The notes below the pieces were generated by a model. It did not search any database and had not been told where the DNA came from. It saw nothing but the letters and a program-made list of their open reading frames with translations. DNA of 64,000 nucleotides from Cyanophora paradoxa CCMP329 (lineage: Eukaryota > Plantae > Glaucophyta): positions 186,001-250,000 of the forward strand of contig QPMI01000434.1 of NCBI GenBank assembly GCA_004431415.1, read 5' to 3'. Each line of letters begins with the position of its first letter. Within the stretch, counting starts at the first letter, position 1. A program made the position numbers and the translations under genes. Of the stretch, positions 34,131-45,001 are shown piece after piece.

Positions 34131-36904
34131 ATGAGCCTTCCGATCACAGGCCAAACCGCCGCCACCGTCACCGCCGCCGCGGCGGGCTACATCATGCTCT
34201 CAAAGCTGTGGGGCTCGAGCGCCCCTGTTCCGCGTGAGTCGCGGTTGCTTCCCCTGCATACGCCGGAAAACATCAGGAACTATCGTTTGACGCCTTCGTA
34301 GCGAAGCCTGTCGATGCCGATGAGCCGCCTATGCCTATCCTACCGTCCTCGTTTAAGTCAACGCTCGATAGCGTACGTCGCCCCGATGCCTTGATAAATG
34401 ACTGCGTATACTAAGTACGCAACAACGATAACAATTCTCTCTCAGCTGCGGACGACTTTCCTTTCCGGCAAGACACGCTCGCTGGACTGGAGTGCGTTTT
34501 TGCTTGCCTGCCATTGCCTGCCATTTCTGAACTGAATCCACGCAGGGCGCGGCCAACTCGGTGCGGTCGACGCCTCCGAAGCTCCGCGTTCTTCTGCCTC
34601 TCTGACGCCCAGTCAGCCGCACTGAAGGCGCTTGTCAGCGAGAACGCAAGCGCGATCGTGGAGGCTGTCCAGAAAGACCTCCGACGCAGCGAGCTGGCGA
34701 CGCTTTCCACCGACATCGGCAGTAAGTTATTTAGAGGCGCCCGCGGCACTTCGATATTGTACGGAACGATCGCACGCTGCAGTGCTCAAGATGGAGTGCG
34801 ACTATCTGATCAAGAACCTCGCTCATCTCGCTGCGGACGAGCCGGCACGTGACATGCTTCTCCTCCCGGCAAGCTGCTACCTGCGCAAGGAGCCCCTCGG
34901 TGTCTGCTGCGTCCTCGGCGCCTGGAACGTGCGCCCTCCCCGCGCCCTCCCCGCGCGCTCCTTCGCGCCCGACCGGACATCCCGCCGCCTCGCAGTTCCC
35001 GTTCCTCCTCACGCTGCAGCCGGTTGCGTCGGCGATTGCGGCGGGCAACTGCGTGGTTTGCAAGCCGAGCGAGGTCTCGGAGCACTCGGCGGCGCTGATG
35101 GCGAAGCTCCTCCCGCGCTACATGGACCGCGAGTGCATCAAGATCGTCAGCGGCGGGCCCGCTGAGGCCCGCGCACTCTGTGCCCTGGTCAGCCGTCCCG
35201 CCCCCCGCTCCCCGCCCGCCGCCTCGCCCCCCGCCTCGCCGCCGCTGACGGGCGCGCCGGGGCAGCCGTGGGACCACATCTTCTTCACGGGCGGCTCGTC
35301 GATCGGGCGGGAGGTGTACAAGGCGGCGGCGGAGAACCTCGTGCCCGTGACCCTCGAGCTGGGGGGGAAGAACCCGGTCTTCGTGGACGCCACCGCCTCC
35401 ATCCAGCTCACCGCCCGCCGCATCGCCTGGGGTGCGCCGCCGCCGTCGCCCGCCCCTCCCCCCGCACCCCGACGCTCCGCCCCGCCGCCGCGCAGGCCGC
35501 TTCGTGGTCAACACCGGGCAGATCTGCATCGCGCCGGACTACGTGCGCGCCGCCCTCGGCAGCGCCTCGGCTCGCCCACAGCGTCGAACGCCGCCCCGCG
35601 CAGGTGCTGGTGCACGAGTCGAAGAAGGAGGAGCTGATCGCCGCGCTCAAGGCCGAGCTCGCGGCCATGCTCGGAACCGACCCCAAGGCCTCCCCGGTGC
35701 GACGCGGAGCGGGCGCGCGGGCGGGCGGGCCCGCTTCCTCCTTTGACCCCCCTCGCGGGCAGGACTACGGACGGATGGTGTCGGGGCGGCACCTGGCGCG
35801 CCTGCGGGGCCTCGTGGACGACCCCGCAGTCAAGGCCCGCCCCCGCCCCGCCCGCCCCGCCCCGCCCCGCTCCGCCCTCCTAGAACCTGGGCCCTCGCTC
35901 GCCTCTCTTGCCCCCCGCTGAGGGCGGGGCAGGTGGAGCTCGGGGGCGAGGCGGACCTCGCCGACCTCTACCTCGCCCCCACCATCCTCTCCCTCCCCAG
36001 CCTCGGTGCCCCGCCCCGCCCAGCGCCCGCCGCCTTCCATGTTACCCCCATCCCCCCTCCTCCTCATATCCCGTGCCCCGCAGCGGCGGCGGCGCACGCG
36101 AAGTGCATGCAGGAGGAGATCTTCGGGCCCGTGCTCCCCGTCATCCCCGTCCCCGACCTCGACGTGCGCCGCCCGAGGCGTCCAGCTTCCACCCTCCCCC
36201 TTTCTGAGCCTCCCCGCCTGCCAGACGGCGCTGCGGTTCGTGAACGGGCGGCCGAAGCCGCTGGCGGCGTACGTCTTCTCGGAGGACCGCGTTGTGCAGC
36301 AGCGCTTCGTGAACGAGACCTCCTCGGGGGCCACCAGCGCGCCCCGCCCCGCTCTCGCGTCGCCCCCGTCTGCGCTGAGCGCCGCCCCCCGCAGACATCA
36401 ACGACGTGATCTCCCACGTGCAGACCCTGGAGCTGCCCTTCGGCGGCGTCGGCGCCTCCGGCATGGGCTCCTACCACGGGAAGTGCGCCCCCGTCCCCGC
36501 CCCCCGCATCCCCCAGCTAGCAGATATCGATGGCTACGCCCGGGCCGCCCCGAGAGTGCGCGGGACTCGCCAGCCGCCCCCGCCGCATCCGCCGCATCCG
36601 CTGCCCCCGCCGCCCCCGCCGCATCCGCCGCCCCAGCTGCCCCCGCCGCTCGCCCCAGCGCTCCGGCGCCGAGTCCGAGCCTCGCGGCGCGGCAGGTACG
36701 GCTTCGACTGCTTCACGCACAAGAAGCCCGTGCTGCACCAGTCCACCCGCTTCGACATCCCCGTTCGGTGCGCGCGCACACACACACACGCGGCCTTGCC
36801 TGAACTTCGTCGTCGCCGAGTCGGTCGAGTTCGCTGAGGCGTCGCGCAGGTACCCGCCTGTGACGGAGTTCAAGGCGAAAGTCATGAAGATGCTCTTCGG
36901 CTGA
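34131..36904 (+). CDS. Aldehyde dehydrogenase family 3 (fatty aldehyde dehydrogenase-like), multi-exon
   Basis: EPLGVCCVLGAWNFP, AIAAGNCVVCKPSE, DHIFFTGG, PVTLELGGKNP, NTGQICIAPDY, MQEEIFGPVLP, RPKPLAAYVFS, LPFGGVGASGMGSYHG. Confidence 0.93.
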
Positions 36905-38272
36905 GGGGCCCACCCCGCCCCGCCCCCGCGCCCCGCGCACGTGCACCCCGTCGGCCGGGACCCCTGTTTCCTGTCAAAGATCGATATCCCACTCGTCTTC
37001 AACGTGGCACCCCGGGCCCCGAATCATTTGGCTCTTTCGTCTCTCGTAAGCCCTTTCATACCAGAGGAGCTTAGAGGAAGCAGTGTGACATCAGAGGAAC
37101 TCGCCTGCCCGCATGCGCATGCGCAGTGCACGCATGCAGCCGATCGCAATTTTAATTTCGAATTCAGCTGATCATGATCATGCATATGAGCCGCCTGAGC
37201 AAGACGACACGAGCCCGTACCACTGCGGCGGCTCCTCGGCATCGTACCCTGCCCAGTGGTCGTCAGAGGTCGCACTGTCACCACAGCTCGCGAAAAAAAG
37301 TCGGTCCCCGCAATTCGACTTGGCTGGGACTCGACTTGGGACTCGAATAATTCTGGCCTACAAAAGTTAAAACACCCGGGGTAGACGTACGCGACTCGGC
37401 GAAGCGCGCGACCAGCACGCACCGCAGCTTCCGCACGCAGCAGAGAGCGCCGCAGCTAGCCTCCAGGTTGCATATGGAGCAGGAACGGACGCCTTCGGGC
37501 GCCGCCGCGACGAAAACTAGCCCTGCGATCGCCTTCAAGGAAAGCGTGCGCGAAAACCAGCCCTACGATTCTCAAAGTGCTCCCTATAAAGTTTAGATAG
37601 CCAAGCGCTCTATCTCTGTGCTTGATGGCAGCCTTCGCTCCGTCAGCTGCGCGAAATGGCCGTCGCGTTTGTGCAGGGCCCCCCATCTGAGAAGGTTCCG
37701 GGCTCGAGCGCAGGCGACCTCCAGTAGCTCCAGTTCGTCTCAGAGGAAGCTTACAGTGCGCCAGGTGTGATCTTTCTTGCATCTGGGCTCGCCCCCGACC
37801 CGCGCGCGCTGACTACAGCCGCAGCCCGCGGCCCGACGAGAGCCGGTTCGCCAAGATGGCGCAGGATCGCTCATAGCTAAGCTATACATCACGAATAGGT
37901 GCGTGGCGAAGCGCCGCGCTGCCGCGCCCGCGAGCTCCGCGTTCGCACACTCCGCGCCGGCGCCCTAGGCCTGATCGGATCCGCCGGCGCCTGTCGCAGG
38001 CACCGAGCGCCGTGGAGGCATGCTTCTTTCGCTCAGACCCGCTTCGTGTCCCACCGCGCCCAGGCAGACGCGCGCTCGTGTGCAATCAAGCTTAAGCATG
38101 TCATGCGGCCGCGGTTCCAGATGGCATGGCTGCAACGGCGGGGCGATGCGGGTTGAGACGTCTAGGGCCATGAGGCACATCTAGAGCACGCGCAGAGCGC
38201 GCGTACGGGCGGCGGCACGCACCCCCGCCGCCAGCGGCACCTGCTCCAGTGGGTGGGTGGCACCTGGGAGAT

Positions 38273-38750
38273 TTGATTTCGCTGCTTACTTCGAGGGCCG
38301 CCGGGCCGCCGCTAACGCAGATCGATGCACACCTCAAAAGAGCATGTGCAGTTGAAGCGCGGCCCCCGGGGGTGCATCCACAGCGAAGATCGCCTGCTCC
38401 TTCAGAAGGCTTGGGGTGGGGGCACCTGCAGCTGCGCGATCGATATCTAATTTCGCTCTAGACCGCGAGGGTTCGCTGGACCGCCGCTAACGCAGATCGA
38501 TGCACATCTTGAAAGAGCATGTGCGGTTGGAGCGCGGCTCCGGCGCGTGCATCTGCAGCGGGAATCGCCTGCTCCTCCAGAAGGCGTGATCATGATCATG
38601 AGGGGGGGGGCCTTTGCGATCTAATTTCGCTCCCGGCCGCGGGGGTTCGCTTGGCCACCGCTAACGCAGATCGATGCGAGCCTTGATAGAGCGTGTGCTG
38701 ATGCATCGCGGCCCCCGGCGGTGCATCCTCAGCGGAGATCGCCTGCTCAC
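38273..38750. repeat. Diverged tandem repeat, ~2.7 x 174 bp
   Basis: Units start at 38273, 38447 and 38621, sharing atttcgct...ccgctaacgcagatcgatgc...gagc[a/g]tgtgc...atcgcctgctc. Confidence 0.85.
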
Positions 38751-39402
38751 AGTCAGTGAGCTAGTGAGTTCCTGGGCGACTGGCTGGCCTCAGCTGGCCG
38801 CTCTTCAAGCCAGAATCATTATCACATGTATTTATGTCACTACACCAAGATCCAGGGTGATCCGAAGTGTTTTTGGGCCGGACCGATGTTTTGAACTTTA
38901 CTCGTAGGACCCTCTCTGGAACTTTTCAGTTTTCAAGTTTCAAGATGCCTCCCCGACCTGCTCATGATGCCTTATTGAAGCATCGACTCACTCAGTAGCG
39001 GCGATTTCACGCCCCCGGGGGTTTTCGAGGGTGCTGAAGACGGTGGTGGTGGTACCGAAGGCCGCCGATTAAAGCCTGGACCGGCATTCAAGATCCGCTG
39101 CAATCTGCGGCCCCACCTGGCCCCAGGACGATTCTCGCCCGCCCGGTCGCATCTAGCGCCTGGGACGCGAGATATACATCATTTAGATGCATTAACAGCT
39201 TCATACATGCTTAACAAAGCGCTCGCCGGCCCAGACAGCGCAGGCGGGGCGCCGGCGGGTTTCTCGAGAATTACGAACTCACTATCAAGATCTCAGAACG
39301 CTGGCGAGCTACTGGCGCTCTACCGTCGGAGCGTTGAACAGAGAGAGCAGGCGGGACGGAGAGGCCCTGAGAAGAAGGCGCCCCGGCGCCGCCCGCGGCC
39401 CT

Positions 39403-41380
39403 TGCGCTGAGCGGGATGCGCTAAGCAGTTGGCTAGGCCCAGAGGCGCCCCAAGCAGAGAGGGACAGGCCCGTACGGCACCGTAGGGCGGCGGCAAGCGG
39501 GTGCCATTACGTACACAGCAGGCGCAGAGCCAGCGTAAGACAGAGAGAACAAGAGAACAAGGACGTCGACAGACAGCAAGCGAGCGCCGCGCAGGGCAAG
39601 CGAGGGCCCAGGGCTAAAATAAGCGGGCCAGTTGGCAACAACGTGGCACCAGGAATAGCAGGCTACAAAGGGTACAAGGCAAGGCAAGCTGCCGGCTTAG
39701 AGCCGACGACCAGGGCTAGCTGGGAGTCGGAAAGTGGGCGGCACACGCTTCCCGCTACAAAAAGCCGTCCTCGGCGCTACGAGCTAAAGGCTGAACTAAA
39801 GCTGCGTAGGCGAGGCTGAACGGACTACGAGCCAAAAGCCGGCTACCGTCCCTGCACAGAAAGCCGTCCTCGGCGCCACAGCGGGCGGGCCAGAGGGGCA
39901 AATTAAAATCCATCAGGCCGTCGGCACCAGTATGAGGAACTGGGCCCAACAAGGGAAGTTGGGTGAGGGACCCACGACCTGACGCCAGAGCGCGCGGAGC
40001 GCCGCCAGCCAACCGGGGCAAACCCTCTAAATCCCGCCGGAAGGGAAAACGAGTGCTAGCGCTAGCACTAAGCTCGAATTCGAAGCCGGCGCCGCGCCAC
40101 ACGAGCCGCCGGGCCGCGGCGGCGCCGGGTCGAAAGTTCCACAGTGTAGAAGGTACTTGACGTAGAGTGTAGTAGTGTAGGACCGCAGGCTCGATCAGCA
40201 GAGCCGCAGCGGCAGAGTACGCGTTGCGGGCCAAGCTCGGCGCAGCTTGCCGCATTGCGTTGCCAAGTGACTCGGCCGGCGGAGTCACAAGGCGGGGCGA
40301 TCGGTCAGCACAGTAGAGTGTGCAGCCGCGTACGCGTAGAGCAGGCAAGCCATGAAGAGTAGAGGCGGCGAGCCAGTCGTACGGGGTCAGGCTCCGCAGC
40401 AGCAGCAGGCCACTGGTCGCATCATACAGACCCATCGCCAAGGATCCTCCACGATCGGACGGGATGGGATACAGCCATCGAGTCCGCCAGCGTACGCAGA
40501 TGCAGCGCGTAGCCGGGGCTTAGGCAGGCCACCATCGCGGGACAGGAGACAGCATCAGCGCGGCCCGGAATGATCATCGGTGCTCGCGTGATAGTCGTAG
40601 GCAAGACGTATGGACCTCTCAGCAGCGGAGAGTCGCAAGCGGAGGCTTGGTCGGAATCACCCGGACTAGAGCGCCGGTGCGTGCTGGCTTGGTCAGCGTG
40701 GAATCACCCACAGCTAAGCAGACCGAAACAGCGCTGGCGTCCAGCTGGCATCACCCAGCTGCCAGGTTCAACCGATGCACGGGAATCACCCGACGGGCCG
40801 ACGCAGTCGACGCGCGAACGTGAAGACTGGTCGCGGGGCATCACCCAGTGCTGCTTGCTGACGCTCCTCAACAGATGGTGCTCTGCCGCATAGGCGCTTC
40901 CCACTACAAGAGAGTGGAGGCCGTACGCGCAAGCCGAGGCAAACGATGGCGTGCTTGTCCAGGGGTTCGGGCAAGAGCGCAGCGTTCGTCCCCAGGCATA
41001 CGAGCTAAAAAGTCGAAGCCCAACGCAGCAGCCCCCATGCGCTGAGCGGGATGCGCTAAGCAGTTGGCTAGGCCCAGAGGCGCCCCAAGCAGAGAGGGAC
41101 AGGCCCGTACGGCACCGTAGGGCGGCGGCAAGCGGGTGCCATTACGTACACAGCAGGCGCAGAGCCAGCGTAAGACAGAGAGAACAAGAGAACAAGGACG
41201 TCGACAGACAGCAAGCGAGCGCCGCGCAGGGCAAGCGAGGGCCCAGGGCTAAAATAAGCGGGCCAGTTGGCAACAACGTGGCACCAGGAATAGCAGGCTA
41301 CAAAGGGTACAAGGCAAGGCAAGCTGCCGGCTTAGAGCCGACGACCAGGGCTAGCTGGGAGTCGGAAAGTGGGCGGCACA
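39403..41380 (-). mobile_element. Non-autonomous LTR retroelement (TRIM/LARD-like), 1978 bp
   Basis: Two apparently identical 343-bp direct repeats (39403-39745 and 41038-41380), each TG...CA, flanked by CCCT (39399-39402, 41381-41384). On the minus strand, TGGGGGCT follows the 5' LTR (tRNA-Pro-like primer-binding site) and purine-rich AGCGGGAAGCG precedes the 3' LTR. No gag/pol recognisable. Confidence 0.88.
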
Positions 41381-42470
41381 CCCTGCTCGCGCCCCGAGAC
41401 CCGCCGCCGCGCGTCGGCCTGGTCTCCGCCGCCCGCCGGGGCCCGCCCCGCCGCCCCCGAAGCCGCAGGCTTGCGCCCCGTCGTCCGCAGCGCCCCGGCG
41501 TCGCCCGCGGCCCCTGCTCGCGCACCGAGACCCGCCGCCGCGCGTCGGCCTGGCCTCCGCCGCCCGCCAGGGCCCGCCCCGCCGCCCCGAAGCCGCAGGC
41601 CTGCGCCCCGTCGTCCGCAGCGCCCCGGCGTCGCCCGCGGCCCCTGCTCGCGCACCGAGACCCGCCGCCGCGCGTCGGCCTGGCCTCCGCCGCCCGCCAG
41701 GGCCCGCCCGCCGCCCCCGAAGCCGCAGGCCTGCGCCCCGTCGTCCGCAGCGCCCCGGCGTCGCCCGCGGCCCTGCTCGCGCACCGAGACCCGCCGCCGC
41801 GCGTCGGCCTGGCCTCCGCCGCCCGCCGGGCCCGCCCCGCCGCCCCGAAGCCGCAGGCCTGCGCCCCGTCGTCCGCAGCGCCCCGGCGTCGCCCGCGGCC
41901 CCTGCTCGCGCACCGAGACCCGCCGCCGCGCGTCGGCCTGGCCTCCGCCGCCCGCCAGGGCCCGCCCCGCCGCCCCGAAGCCGCAGGCCTGCGCCCCGTC
42001 GTTAGCTGCGCCCCGGCGCCGCCCGCGGCCCCTGCTCGCGCACCGAGACCCGCCGCCGCGCGTCGGCCTGGCCTCCGCCGCCCGCCGGGGCCCGCCCCGC
42101 CGCCCCGAAGCCGCAGGCCTGCGCCCCGTCGTCCGCAGCGCCCCGGCGTCGCCCGCGGCCCCTGCTCGCGCACCGAGACCCGCCGCCGCGCGTCGGCCTG
42201 GCCTCCGCCGCCCGCCGTGGCCCGCCCCGCCGCTCCCGAAGCCGCAGGCCTGTGCCCCGGCGTCAGCTGCGCCCCGGCGTCGCCCGCGGCCCCTGCTCGC
42301 GCACCGAGACCCGCCGCCGCGCGTCGGCCTGGCCTCCGCCGCCCGCCAGGGCTCGTCCCGTCGCGCCCGAAGCCGCAGGCCTGCGCACAGTCGTCCGCAG
42401 CGCCCCGGCGTTGCCCGCGTCCGTCGCGCCCTGCTCGAGCACCGAGACACGCCGCCACGCGTCGGCCCCG
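41381..42470. repeat. GC-rich tandem array, ~8 x ~130 bp
   Basis: Unit ctgctcgcgcaccgagacccgccgccgcgcgtcggcctggcctccgccgcc...gaagccgcaggcctgcgccccgtcgtccgcagcgccccggcgtcgcccgcggccc; a partial unit lies left of the LTR element (39378-39402). Confidence 0.95.
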
Positions 42471-43291
42471 GCTCGGACGTCGACGCGCGGACCGCAGATC
42501 TAGAGCCGCATGGTGGCTACTACAGGTGCAGTAGCTACTACAGGTGCATGCAGTGGCTACTACGGGAGTGTCAGCCTGCGTGTTTGTCAGCGACAGGGGC
42601 GCAACGGGCCCGGGCGCAGGGCGTTATCCGGGACCGCACCACGCACGTGCACTTCGCACCAAGAGCGCACCACGAGCCGTAGCTGATCATGAGTGCGTCG
42701 TGCTCGCTGCAGCTGCGGGCGTCGTGCGCATGCGTCGGCCGCTCTGCGGCAGAACGAAGGCGCGCTAGGCCACAGTACGCCCGGACGCATCCAAACTATA
42801 CTGCCTGGCTGTCTTCGATCCTCGGAGCGCTGGTGTCAAGAGGCGTGCTGTGTGTTGAACTTCTCCTCTCTGCCAGCGACCGGCATTTCTCCTCGATCTC
42901 GTTAAAACTACTGATAGAAAGAAATAAGCTCTATAAGAATGCATATATATGCCATATATATGAAAAGGTTTAATTGACTGGCGTAGGGATTTTCCAAGTC
43001 GACTTGCCCCCCCCCCCTGTCATACAAACCGAGTTGTGGGGACCGACTTTTTTTCGCGAGCTGTGATGTACATGTACACCGGCGGATTCGAAGCGGAAGA
43101 GCGCTTGGCGAAATGTTTACGAAGAGGGGAAGCGCGTTCGATACTCGGCCTGCGAACCGGCCGCGGCCGACGCTCCTACGTAATCAACGTCAGGGATTGA
43201 GAAGTACAGCAGCAGGCTGCTAGCGCCAGCCTGATCGCAGCAAAACGTACCGGAAGCAACAATACAACAGCAGCAGCAACTTGACGCTGGA

Positions 43292-44667
43292 ATGGGCGCC
43301 TCCGGCTCGCGCTTTGACCCTTACACAATCGTCGTCACCGGTTGCTCGAGCGGGATCGGGCAGGCGACGGCGCTCGCGCTCCACCAAGCAGGTTTCAATG
43401 TGCTCGCCGGCGTGCGCAAGCTTGAGGATGCTGAGCGGCTTCGCGCGGCGGGCCTGCATCCGATTACCCTCGACGTGACGAACGAGCAGGCGCGCTGCGA
43501 GCTTCCCGCGCCCTCCCCGAGGGCCGCCGTTTTCGATGCTTACTTAACTGTACCTGCCTCTGGCGCGCAGCACGTGCGCGAGCTTCCGGCTACGGTAGCG
43601 AAGTTGAAGACAGTGGGCTCGAGGGTGGCCGTCGTATGTAACGCGGGGATCGCCTTCCCCGGCCCCGTCGAGTCGACGTCGGAAGCTGACGTCCGGGCGA
43701 TGTTCGACGGTAGGTCTAGGCTTCTCCTGCGCCGCGCCCCGCCGATTCTCGCGCTCTCTGATATCGACTTCTCAACCAGTGAACGTGTTCGGACTGTTGT
43801 CGGTGACCCGGGCGATGCTCCCCATGATTAGAGAGACAAAAGGGCGCGTCGTCTTCGTCGGATCCGGTGCGCCCTGCTCTCCCCGCTCCCCAGCTGCAGC
43901 CTCCAAGCTCCTCTCATCCGCCCGGCTGCCGCGCAGCCCTTGGCCTCGTCTCCTTCCCGTACTTCTCGATCTACTGGTGCGTCCAGCATGCGCGCTGCGG
44001 GCCCTCGCCACTTCTCTAGATTCGATCCCGCGCGCCGGCGGGCAGCGCGACCAAGTTCGCGGTGGAGGCGATCGCGGACGGGCTGCGGCGCGAGGTCGCC
44101 CCCCTCGGAGTCGCCGTCTCCCTCGTCGAGCCCGTGCGCCCCCGAGCGGTCTCGGGCTTCGTGGAGCCTGAAGCCGCCGACCCGGCAGGGCCTGACGAAG
44201 ACGCCGGCGATCTCCGAGGACTTCGCCAAGAAGGTCCACGAGAAGGTCAGCCCCGGCCCGGCCCCTCGACCCCCTCCCTCCCCTCCAATCGACCGAGCGC
44301 TGTACCCCGCAGGCCATCGCCAACAGCCCGGCCGTCTACGAGGCCGGCATTCGCGCCCAGTCCGCCCCCCTCCCTCCTCCCGCCCCCCTTCGCTTCCCTT
44401 CTCGAGCGCGCGGGGCGCAGCTGGAAGCAGCAGCAGGAGGGGGCCGCCTCGAGCGCCTCCCCCGAGGAGGTCGCCGCGCTCGTCCTCGAGGCCCTCCGAG
44501 CCGCCTCCCCCTCCCACAGGCGAGCCCCCTGGCGCCCTCCCCTCCCCGTCCATCTCGACGTCGCCCGCGCTGACTCGGAGAGAAGGTACCGGGGCCCGGG
44601 CGGGGCCGGCGCGCTCGCGTTCCTCAGCTGCCTCCCCATCCCCTGCGTGGACCGCCTCCTCACCTGA
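43292..44667 (+). CDS. Classical short-chain dehydrogenase/reductase (RDH/17beta-HSD-like)
   Basis: VVTGCSSGIG, VCNAGI, VNVFG, GRVVFVGS, spliced YxxxK (IYCATKFAVEAIADGLRRE). Confidence 0.9.
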
Positions 44668-45001
44668 GGCGCCGTCTACCGCACCCTCGCCAGTGCTTTG
44701 GGAGACCAGTGCTTTGGGAGAAGGCGAGCTCACTGCCTCGCCGAGTCGCCAGCGTTTTGACGTGCATCTGTGCTTCTGTGCTTCTCGGATCTGGGCCTAG
44801 AGTTTCTCTTGAATCGAACCGCCGAACTCGGGCGATGCGAGCTCGAGACTCCGGATCTGACATGCATTTGTTCACTAGCCTACTGGGCACGCCAGAGGAA
44901 GCGCTCCGTCGCGGCCGCGGGGCCGAACTTCGGAAGCCCGGGCCACCCACAGTCTCGAGGAGCAGCGAAATCCCGCGCCGCGTTCGTTGCGATGACACGG
45001 G

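Larger units (their letters stand above)
37282..43065. mobile_element. Non-autonomous DNA transposon-like element with 28-bp perfect terminal inverted repeats (CACAG...CTGTG)
   Basis: cacagctcgcgaaaaaaagtcggtcccc at 37282-37309 and its exact reverse complement at 43038-43065. Similarity extends imperfectly to ~41 bp, with sub-terminal tcgacttgg motifs at both ends. No transposase and no target-site duplication seen. Confidence 0.75.

Noticed and set aside
38273-40846. CRISPR-like interpretation of the spaced repeats
   Set aside because: Repeat lengths (10 nt, or ~135 nt diverged) do not fit, there are no cas genes, and the context is eukaryotic
40951-42682. 370-530 aa ORFs on both strands
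   Set aside because: Arise from the stop-free GC-rich 130-bp array and the LTR; unit indels shift frames
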